Shown here piece after piece: positions 27,301-39,300 of a DNA stretch of 64,000 nt. The notes beneath the pieces were generated by a model. That model did no database searches, had not been told where the DNA came from, and saw only the letters and a list, made by a program, of their open reading frames with translations. Every line of letters starts with the position of its first letter. Positions within the stretch are counted from its first letter, which is position 1. Both the position numbers and the translations under genes were made by a program. The stretch is from Perna viridis (Eukaryota): contig CM074515.1 in assembly GCA_037379345.1 (NCBI GenBank), positions 29,016,001-29,080,000 on the forward strand, given 5' to 3'.

Positions 27301-30300
27301 TCATCATCATCGTTTCATGTTAATTTTTATCATCCATTCCATGCTCATCGCCTACATATAGCTGAATTTATTGCTGCTCGAACGTTAAACCCCAATAATC
27401 AATTAATCTTAAACGATGATTTTAAAAATATGATAATAATTTAGCTTCGTTCCATTTTAAAATTCTTTAATTTTTCGCTTGACATCCCACAAGTTCAAAT
27501 AAAAATATATACACCTCACTTTATGAATAATAATGAATGCATATGTTGATAATAAAAAAAGTTGAATACTTTCCCGCATAAGTTACTAGAATTGGGTACA
27601 TGAAGAGGATGTTGATTCCGTTTATTAGGAGGTATTATTAAGGAAGGAAATCAAACAATTTGCAATTGATGTATTAGTCATAGACAAAACTGTTTTTAAT
27701 GTTATTTTAAATTTCGTGTCGAATTCCTTTTACAATTTGTGAGAGAATTGATTCGTTTTTTTTTTATTTGTTCAAAAACTTTCTGGGGGTAATTGGAATT
27801 GAAGTATTTCTCCTTGAACTGCTTGGTATTTCGGCTTTAGCGTTTGTAGAATGTATTTATTTGTAATTTTTGATGTGCATACTATGTGTAATTTTGATTT
27901 GAAAAAGGTCAAAATTCGGCTCATTTGTTCAGAGTATAACACTATGCGTGAATCATATTTGCGTGGAAAACATTATACTTGTTTAAATTCATTGTATGAG
28001 CATCATCCTTGAGAAAATAAATAATAGATTAAGTCGTTTGGTCGTTTTGACTTCTAAAGAGGCCAATTAATGTTATGTTTGTCTCCTTGTACGTATTCCA
28101 GTGGAGACCACCATGTCAGATAAAGATTTTACAACTGAAAAGAAGCAAAAAACAACTAAACTTTTCGGTAAGTAACTTTCTTTTTATTTCACCCTTGGTC
28201 ATTTCACTTACATGACGTACTGATATTTTACAGCTAAACATGAGGGATGTACGTATTGTCCAGCGGATTCTTTTGTAGCACAATACTTTAATGGAAAAAC
28301 ACGATTGTAATTAAAGTAGTAGACATTGAGTAATGTCGGTAATCCAAATAATGAAGCGTCAAGCAAAACTAGGAATTTGAAGTATTAATTTGAATTTTTA
28401 AAATGGTCAGAGGCGTACATCGAGGAATATATATTTTTCTGCCTTCATGATGCCGATGCATTCAGCATACGACTATATCTAGCACATATTGTGTCCATCA
28501 TATGAATTTGCTCCATCATTCAGAAAATAAACATTTGTTATTTTGGTAAAACAAAAGCCCAGTTACTCTTTCAAAACACAAACAATTTAAAATTCCACGT
28601 AAACACTTATATATGATTCCTTTCTAAGTGAATTTGACTTAATAATCAGTTGCTCATTTAAATATTCTGTAATAAATTATCCTTAGATACCAGATATAGT
28701 TCAGTTTGGCCAATTATTTAGATTTCTAAAAAAAGCTATTTTTAATCCATATTTTTCAACGTCTGCACGATAACATTTCTAAAAAAAAATGTCAGAAGAT
28801 GTACTACAGTTGTTTTAATACTATGTACACATTTATAAAAAAAAATGGATTTTGAAAAATGTCTAGGGGTATCCCAGGTCTACTACCTTTATTGACCTTT
28901 GACAACTTATATAACGCATTTTACCTGAATATTATAACTTGCAGACGCCTCATGAGATTAAACGTCTTAAAAGAGAACCCATATTTTCCATTCTTTAGGA
29001 AAATACTTGTTGACTTTTATTAATGTAAACAGCATATTGCACTTCATAAACACACAGTTGACACTCATGTCAGTTCAGAGTTGATCAGTCATTGTTAAAC
29101 CTGGAATCTGTACAAGGACTTTTTTTAAAAGCGCGGAAATTGTCAAATAAACTTCTTAATCAGTGGAATATGTATGATCAGTCTCATCACTACAGAAGTT
29201 TTACAGTCGACATCACAGAATGAGTTTTTGTCTCACACATATATTCAATTAGATTCAACGTATTACTGGATTAAAGGTCGATGCAATTCAAAACACCGAA
29301 GACATGTGATTCACTTCTGCTCTCAACTACAATTTTAACCACACTTTCCTTTCATACAAAAACCTCTTGGACTTCATCACATTAGAACCAAACGTTATTC
29401 TATACCGCTCACTCTACTACACTCCCTATACAAAAGTCTTGACACTCCTGTTTCTGACCCCACCTCATCATTATGCAGACTTGTTGCCATCATTTTTGAT
29501 ATTGGTTTCCACAGACTCTTTAAACGAGTTTGTGTGAAAAGTCAAGATGAAGAAAAACGATCATTTTTTTCCACTACCCGTTTGTCAACAAAGGTATAAA
29601 TGCAATTAATTTGGCTAACATCCTTCATCACAAAAAGCATCACCTACAAATTTCCCCCATATTTCAAAGAGAAATCCATGCCAATTATTTCATATTTCTA
29701 TACTTTACCCATTGCATTCAAAATTTTCAATTACAAAATGCTTTTGCAGAACCTCGAGATCGAAGACTTCAAGACTAAACCACCTGACTATCCATTCAAA
29801 TATGGTCCTTCTGGTCACGTCGTTACGGGAGATTTGACCCTAATCGAAAACGAACATCTGCGTAATATCCTTTCTAAATAAATTGGAGTTATAACTTTAA
29901 AGTTCTTATGGATGCCGTCGACTATGCAAGAAAATGGATAAAACGAGAACAAGAAGACATTGATTCCCTGTCAGAGTGGTTAAAGGCCGTGAGGTCTTTA
30001 AGTTTGAAACGAATGAAAGTTTTTATTGGTCAATGAATGCCAAAGCTACATCAGTTTTCAAAGACCTCGATGTTGCAAAAACATTGTCTACTATACATGA
30101 CAAGTATGTTGTCGTACCAGCAGACAAAGCCCAAAACAACATTGTTTTTGTCTGCAAAACGTTTTACCACAAATGGTTCTTAGGTAAACGTAGAAAATAA
30201 TAGCAGTGATAAGACCTATACTGCTACCACGCTCTCCAAAGAAGATATTGTGGAAAACCATAAATCTGTGCTATCCTCTTTTGGTCTCTACACCAAGGAC

Positions 30301-33300
30301 GATGATTGTGATTTACCGTCTATGTACCGGATTCCTAACTAGCTGGATCTGCAAAATGTACCACCAAACCTCTTTCAAAACTTTTAACTTCTATACTAAC
30401 AACTGTAAAAGAGTGTCTACAGTCCTACCACAGCACTTGTTACTTCCGTAGTGGTATTAATTCAATGTGGATCCTAAAAAATTCGAAAGATCTTTTGGAG
30501 ACAATCAGTTCAAGACTATTATCTGAATATAATAGCATTAAAACCTATGCTTTTCAACACTGTATACTTCTATTCAGTTAAAACCCCGACTTCAGAACAT
30601 TATACATCATTGTTTTTCCAAAAAAGATGGTATATCTAGACACAAATAAATAGTTCTTAGTAGAGATTCCTCATACATTGTAAGAAATAATTCCAAATCA
30701 TCTTCCAAATATAAAGAGGAAGATGTTTACAAAATGCTGGAATTTTTAATCGACAACATATTTGTCCAATGAGAACAAATTGTGCTCCTTTACTTGCTGA
30801 CATATTCCTTCACTCTTATGAGGTTGTCTTTATAGCTGATTTGATCCGAAAGAAAGAATATCGTTTGGCTAGATCCTTTAATCTCAGTTTCCGTTATATA
30901 GATGACGTATTATCTTTAAACAATCCTAATTTCGGGGATTTGATATATCGCATCTACCTCAAAGAACTTGAAATAAAGGACACTACAGAAACAGTCAGCC
31001 CCATTTCTTGAACTACACTTAGAAATCGATGGTACGACAAAGGTTATGAATTTTCATTCAGAATTATCAATTTTCCTTTCATCTGTGGCAACATCCCTTC
31101 AGCACCTACGTATGGAGTGTTGATATCACAACTCATGCGTTATGCCACAGCTTGCCGAAACTACGCAGACTTTTTGTATCGCGCTAGAACTCTAACAAAT
31201 AGGCTTCTGAAACAGGGTTATGTTGCTACAAGATTGAAGTCATCACTACTACTCAATCGCCCCATTTCCTATTGCCCCATAGCCCATTGCCCCATCCAAG
31301 ATTGCATTGCATTAATTCCTGTTGTCCAATACTTATTAAGCATTCCAAAAAAAAAAATAAAATAAAAGTAAATGTTTAAACAAACGCATATAATGCATTG
31401 GGATGCACAAAGTTTTGTACAATATAATATCAAATTTAGAATCTCGCAGCTGGGTTCTAGAATTACCGCAATCATGCGATACATGAATTATCGTGTATCA
31501 TCACGCCTCCGAGCTGCATGAGAAATCACCATGCAAAATATTCTTAAACTATAGATAAATGTATAAATTGTGAACAAATCTAATTTTAAAAATGAATCTG
31601 AATAATGTATCTATGAATATTCTTGCTTTATTCTAAATTTAAAATTGGTTAACACTAGCTTCCTAGTTTATCATGTTTATGTATTCAGTCCCTTTCCACA
31701 AAACAGCTCTTTTCCTTTAATTGTATGGGTGCAAAAAAAAGTATTTTAATAATGGACTTATCTTGTTTAGAGTGCAAATAATGTAAAAATAAGGATTATA
31801 TGTGGAGCTGATACCCTTCTATTTCAGACCACATTCTTAAAATATCTTGAGATATTTTTTTTGCAAAATGAATGAGAGTAACACTTAATATTTTCTCAAT
31901 GGTCTAAAATAACTGTTAACAATGAAAAAACTTGTCAAAATGAACAACACATGTGTGGCTGGGACACTTATTTCTGTCCGATTTCTCATAAGTGACATAT
32001 TTCTGAAAATTGTATGGGTGCGAACAATTGTCATTCCAGTCATAGTCCAAACAATTGTTTAAAATATTCAAAATGGCAATATAATTATCTAGATGGTAGT
32101 TGCTTGCGACACTCATATTTCAATCAAAAGTCTTCAAAATCACATTTTTGTTGCAAAAGCTATGGTATAAAATGTTGAAATGGTCAGTTTAAGTGTTATC
32201 TTGATGGCTGTGATACATATTTCTTAGACCAAATTCTTAAAAAATGAGATATTTTTTTGGAAATCAAATGAGTGCGAACACTTGAAATTTCGTTAATGGT
32301 CTAACATAATTTTAAAAATGAAAAACATTGACAAACTGAGCATCATATGTGAGGCTGGGGCCCATTTATTTCGGTCCGATTTCTCAAAAAGGCAATAAAG
32401 TATCTGATTCGTAGTTGCGACACTTATCATAGATTTCTGACAATTAAAAGGGAATCAGCGTTTTCAATTTTAAAAAAAATGATCTTGTTTCTATTGCTCA
32501 GTATGTTCAATATGTGTGTCTGATTCACAAAATTATTGCAGTCTTAATTTTCAAAAATGACGTATGTTCAGAAATCGTATGAGTGCAAACATATTAATCT
32601 ATGATTACCAGAAATTAAATATTATATCAATAAACTTAACATTAGAAAATGTCAATAATTTATTAACTTAGACACCTGTTATCATTAGTAATTATTCTAA
32701 AAGACGTTTTATATCAGAATTTTTCAATTGCTGTGGCAATCATAGAATTATGATAGGTACGTTGCTTACGGAAAAATTAAGGCACAACGATTTTTTTCGA
32801 TTGACCAATCAAAATTATTCCTTCGCCTAATTCCTCATTGCCTTTTACATATACCAAATTCCTTATTCGCCATGCCCGATACCCCATTGCCCCATCCCCA
32901 TTCCCAATTGCCCAATCCCTATGCTCCATTGCCCCATACCCCCATAGAATGGGAAGTTTATCCCATACAGGTACTGTATAATCATCGTCCACATTTTATG
33001 AAACGACAGTTATATATACATAAGAATGTCAAATGCACTGTTTCTTTTGGAAAAAAAACCGACACAATTTGTTTCCACTAAATTAAAAAAAATACTAACC
33101 ATAGATTAAAACGCTTTTTTTTTTCGCCTTATTTTTATATATTTTCATATACTCAAAATACGAAATTTCCAATCCAATTAATTCGAATTTACGATACAAA
33201 ATTGGTCGCTCCCTTAGCGGGATTCGATCCCCTTCTTTTCTATGACATCTATGGCAACACCGACTGCACTAAGTCGAACTCTCTAGACCATTCGGCCAAC

Positions 33301-36300
33301 AAGGCTCTATAAAAATATGGCTTTCGTTAACCGAGTGATACTTCCTCGTAAGTAAACCTAGAGCGCAATTATTAATCCTACGAGGAGGAATGACCCGGCC
33401 AGCGAAAGCTACATTTTTATATAGCCTAGCTGGCTGAGTGGTCTAGGGCGCTGGACTTTGTGCAGGCGGTGTTGCCATAGATGTAACAGCGGTACGAAAT
33501 CGAGTCCCGCGGATCCAACGACCAAAAATATGCATCGCAAACATCCGTAACTATAAAAATATTTATTCCTAGATTTCCTTAGGAACATTTTGCCCCGTGC
33601 AGGTCTGGGTATCAAAAGAATAGGTCTGCAAAGGAGGCTAAATTGCCCAAACCTACATATTCCTTCTTTTTATCTTGTGGCAATCAAAATTTGTCGACAC
33701 TAATATCTTTGTGTCCCATCCCTTTTTTCATTTCATCATCATCATTTCATGTTCATTTCATCATCATCATTTCATGTTCATTTTATCATCCCTGTCATCC
33801 TTATCGCCTGAATATAACTGAAATATTGCTGCTCGGGCGTTAAACCCCAACAAACAAACAAACATTAGAAACATTTCTGTCTCATTTGTGTTTGACGTAC
33901 ACTTCGATACTGAGCATTATGGAATTCACATTCATTAATCTTGACGACATCCCTTCAACACCGCTTAACATATTTCTTCTTTATTTGAAATGATATGATT
34001 ATGCATATTAATGAAGTTGATTAATGAAGTAGAGTCTGGGCTCATTTACTTTCGTTACTTTGTATATATTATTTTGGCTTTATATGCTTTATAAGATTTC
34101 GGCTAGAATCTTGGCTCCCTTCTTTACTCATTAATGTTCTCATTAGTTTATTGATTCTACAATTATTTAGAAGAAAATATTGGTCTTTCCCTGTAACAAA
34201 GACATTAGTGCATTAAGTTTACATACTTGCTTTTTTTCTGTCCTTATAGTTCATACCACCATGGCAGATATTTATGTTACAAAGTCATTTGAGATAAAAA
34301 CAACTGACCTATTTGGTGAGTAAAATTATTTCACTTTGACCTATTAAGATATCACAATCGTACACAAGTAATGTACAAGTGTAAAGAAGGTGATTTAACA
34401 TGATATTTGAAGCACAATAATCGGATTGAAAATCTGATTGACATCTAAATGAGCCTTGAATATTGCAATACGCTCATTAACTAAGATAATGCACTTTAAA
34501 CGCTCTTGTAACATGCGGGCCAACAAAGTTTAGCTGTTCCAAACGCGAACCTTTGTTTTCGGAACGTCAATGTGATTTTGTTGATCTTCATTAGTGAGAG
34601 CCTTTTAGTTACATTCAATTATTATCTGTTTGATTGCCGCTAGAATCTTGGTTCCCTTGATTACTCTTTTTTGTCCATGTGGGTTCTCACAAGTTTCAAG
34701 TGTTGATTTATTATATTTGAAATTTGTTTAATAAGCAATAGCATGTAAACGGGAAGCTAATTATGAATTATGATAACCGAATATGGCGGACGCTCAAATC
34801 GAGACATTTTATCACGCGGAGAACAAGTTGGAAAGAGACAGAATAGCCATAAGAGGTCACATGGAAGTTGGGCATCATATGTTAATAAGCATGAAGGCAT
34901 ATGATTACTTTCGGAGGACTAACCAGGTTTAACATGTTGAAACAATGATAGTGCAGCACTTTCTGCACTTATGATGGGATTTTGACGAATAGTTATCAGA
35001 AGGTTGGGCAACATATGTAGATGTGCATATAGAAGTTTGATTTGGATTTCTATCAGAGAACAAGGAAGGTAATGCAACTGAAAGGTTTTACATAACATTA
35101 CCGCTCAAGATATGTGAATTTAAAAAAAAAGGATGGTTGTCGTACCAAAGTATATGAAGGAATTTATTTACCGTCGAAGGCTTCTAAACGTGTAAATGCT
35201 GATAATACAACTCACAGGTTTTACACAAATAGTTCCTCGTACATTGAAAATGAGATTCTTATTAAATTTCATAGGATGGTTGGGCATCTTACATAAATTT
35301 ACATGAAATAATATCAACCAGCAATTGCATCTGCGGACTTAAAAGGGAGAGAAATAAACTTAAATTGGTTTCGTGTTATTAAGTCATCGCTTCAATTCGC
35401 GTGTTTTATTCTAAACAGCTAAACGAATTAAGCATGTTTTAGGGAGCATTGGCATCAGAAAATAATACTGTTAAAGGACTACAACAGCAAATTATCAAAC
35501 TTAAGGCATTTACATGTTATTCACAAATACTACTTAACAACGCAAAGAACTTTGATGATCTTTTGAAGGCTGAACATCATATATAAATGTGCATGAAGGA
35601 ATGAAATAATTGCTTTGGGATTCCAAACGAAATCCTTGTACTGATAGGTTTTACATGAACATTTCACTGCGTTTGTAGTGGAGTATTCTCTTTGTTAGTT
35701 TCCTCGTAGTATTTATCCTCTTTAACAAATTGATTTTGTCAAAATGCAGTTGATAATAATTCATTTTTTTTTAGAATTAGAAGAAATACCAGCAATACTT
35801 ATCTACCTTATAGTATGTTTCGTTTGTTTTGTGACATTTGTGGTATTGTCATGTGTATTAAAGATTAACAAACATCTTTAAACTAGTGTTATATATACAA
35901 TATACAAACGTCTCAGAATTTGACGACTTTATTCGCTACACTGCTCCATCGGATCAAACTGATACATGGAAGATATGTAAACGTATAGAAATGTCGGAAA
36001 AATACCCAACGATGTTAGAACTATCAACTTTGTGATGCAAATTTGTGGTCGTTCCCTCCGCGGGACTCGAACACGTAGCGCTGTGACATCTATTGTTGGG
36101 AATATTTCAAACCTTTCGATATGTTTACATTATCTTCCCTGTATCAATTTGATCCGATGGAGCAGTGTAGCGAATAGAGTCGGCACATTCTGAGACGTAT
36201 ATATAAATAACTTTTCGCAGAACTGACATTTCAAATATATATGAAAATATGTATAGTATTGTTTTATATACGTGTTTTCAAATCATGCTTTTGCCCTCAA

Positions 36301-39300
36301 TGCTACAGTTCCTAAACCGAACCGCGCAACTATTTCACAGATCGATGACCGCATACTGATTAATCGATTACGGATCGATAACCGATGACCGGTGTTCGAT
36401 CTGATTGCAGTTTTGTTTGTGAAATGATGGTTAACAGTCATGAAAATTTAAGAATGTTTATTGGAACGAACCGAATAAACTACCATAGTAAATCTACCTT
36501 AAATTTCAGATATTAAATCCACATGTAATGTATTTTTTTAAACTAAAAGTAACTAGTTGATGTTAAAATCTATTGCATTATGTAAATATATGTAAAAACA
36601 AAGCAACGAAATCCGTTAAATATGTTGACTGCGACTGCTGTGTGGTCACAGGATGTGATTACCGGTTAAATAGACCAAACTTGTAGTTGCAATGATCGGT
36701 TAAGGTACCGTATGCATTTAGTTTGTAAAGCTGTTGCATTTTGTCATTGTGTAAGGAATAAATGTGAGATTAGTTTAAATAATGACAAGTTTTCTATGTA
36801 ATAAATGTAGCAACTTTTACGAATAATGAATAGTATATGTCAAAACAAAAATGATTGTGCAATAAGTAACAAAAATGTGTAAAAAATATTCTGTAAATAA
36901 TGCAAATAAAAGTTTTATATTTGACTATATTATTTTAGTATTTTGACAAGTTCTTGCTAATGTGCAATCTTGTAAACGGCTTGTTTCATGTCACCAGAAT
37001 TCATAATTCATTTTGATTATCGTGTTTAGTACATAAAGCTTTGTTTCTAGTAAACGAAACGTTTGCAATCCAAAATGAAATTCCAAATGGAGTGGAGTGT
37101 TAAATAAAACAACGTAAAAATTACAAAAAAGTCAACATACACAACAGGTATATTTGCAATCTGTCTGTGAATTGATCTAGCGAACATTAGGTGGTCTGTC
37201 GACGGGAGTCTTAGTTTCCTTTCATCTCACAACACTTAAAATGACTTAAAAATTGTGGCGTGATAAGAAAAAAAACATCACAGTGTCTCAAACATGTCTA
37301 ATTTGTAATTTATCGGTCCTTACGTGGATGCATTGTCACGATAATGATACCCAATGGGACCTCTGCGTGAAAATCAATCACATGCATAAAACGGAAATAC
37401 CACTTTTAAGCATCTTACCTCTCGAAGTTTAGTTCTTAAATCTTTAACTGTTCACTTATTAGTTTCCATCAGCTTGTGTGCTCTTGAATTACCATTTGAT
37501 TACTTAGTTTATACTTTGGATAATGGTAGACAAATAATAATGTCTCATAGAATGAAATAGTTAATGGTCAACAATCAACAAATGAATATGATACTGCATC
37601 ATTGAAAGAACCTTTACATCAAAATACAATACAATGATAGTGAAAAGTAGTAACAATATTCATGTTTTCTTCGTTTTATTCATAGTTTATACTTATGCTA
37701 AACCTAGAACTGAACTTGCGAATATTAAATATAAACTAAAGTCTTATAGACATTAATTTGAATTTTCCATGGTAGACAGTATACGAATGCAGCAATAAAT
37801 AAAGATTATAGCTGCTATTGACTCCTCAGTCATATGCATATAGAAACAGATATTAACGAAAATAAAAAAGAGTTCATCACTATCAACAAGGTGTGCTGCA
37901 ATGCTTTTGTCAGCTAAGCAATTAAAAGCAGATTTATATTCAACGACTATTAAAGTTGAAAAGTAAACATGTGACGAAGTTTCGCCTTGACTTACATCAA
38001 TGTTAGATTGAAATAGTCACGAATTACACTCCTTGAGACGTTCACGTTTCCAATTTTAGCTTTCGTGCATCGTTTATTGTGCGTTTACACATCGTTTCGA
38101 GTTCGTTTAAACGCACGATAAACGTATAATAGAAGAGTTTGTTTAAACGCTCGCAAGGAGTTTATCACAAAAATGTACTATTATACACATATGATATGAT
38201 ATTTATAGTTTTTAACATTGTGCCATTGATGGTATATTGAAACTATATTTTCCTTAAGTATATTCGTCAAACCAACCAAAAAGCTCTCCGAGTTGCTCAT
38301 TTACTTTTGTTACTTTGTATGTATTATTTTAGTTACTTTATGTTCTTTGTTGTGTTTATCTGCTTTCCATGTCCGGTGTATGTCCCGGGATTACATTCTT
38401 TTGATTTCCGGTAGAATTTTGTCTCCCTTCATTATTCTTTCTATCACAAATATAAATCAATTAAAAAATCTAAGATCTTGCCATTGTTCATGATATAAGT
38501 TTGCGGACTTAGCCTGTTGCTATCTCCATGGATGTTTATTTTTAAGGATAAAATAGACACCCAATCTTTCACGTTTTCATCTGTTTGGAAGACGATCACC
38601 TGAAATAGCAAAGAGACTTCTAATCAACTCAGGATTTAATTCAGGATTTCAGATTAGAGATGTAGATACAAATATTCTAAACGTACAGTTGTTACATTTT
38701 AGGAATGACTTGGAGTGTAGATAAAAAAAAACACAATTCTGTAAATGGCTACGTCTGTTACTGTCAGAAAAAAGACATCGCAGAGTACGGAATATTCATT
38801 TTATGGCACTTAAAAACTAAATTGAAAACTAATTTATTCAACGGGTCATAGTTTTCCTTTCCTCGTTTGTCTACCTCGGACTTGACTTTTTATAAGCAAC
38901 TCGGCCGGTGCACCTGGTCCATCCTCCCAGTTTTTAGAGGAGTCCGAGTTGCTCATTGCTTTTGTTACTTTGTATGTATGATTTTACTTAATTTATGTTC
39001 TTTATTGTGTATGTCTGTTTTCCATGTCTGGTCTTTGTCCCTGGATTACATTTTTTTTATTACCGCTTTAACCTTGGTTCCCTTGATTTATCTTAAATAA
39101 TCAGGTTGACTTGACAAGAATGCAATGATATTGTGGCATGAAAGTGACATCGGCTGACACGCATATCAATATGGTTTATCATGATATTTCGAACATTAAA
39201 AAAATCTTGCGATGATGTTACTTATATTCCCTAAAAGTACAATTAATATTTTAGCAAACACAAGGTCGTTAAATAGCCGTGCCATAATATTTTTCAAAGG

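Noticed and set aside
36150-36185. Hammerhead or twister ribozyme in the tRNA-like unit (CCGATGGAGC...GCGAATA)
   Set aside because: Only superficially like CUGANGA...GAAA; core nucleotides are mismatched and the required stems were not found.
37686-37740. Additional stalk exon (good acceptor ttttattcatAG)
   Set aside because: The nearest GT gives 55 nt (frame-breaking) with a poor donor, and read-through hits TAA.
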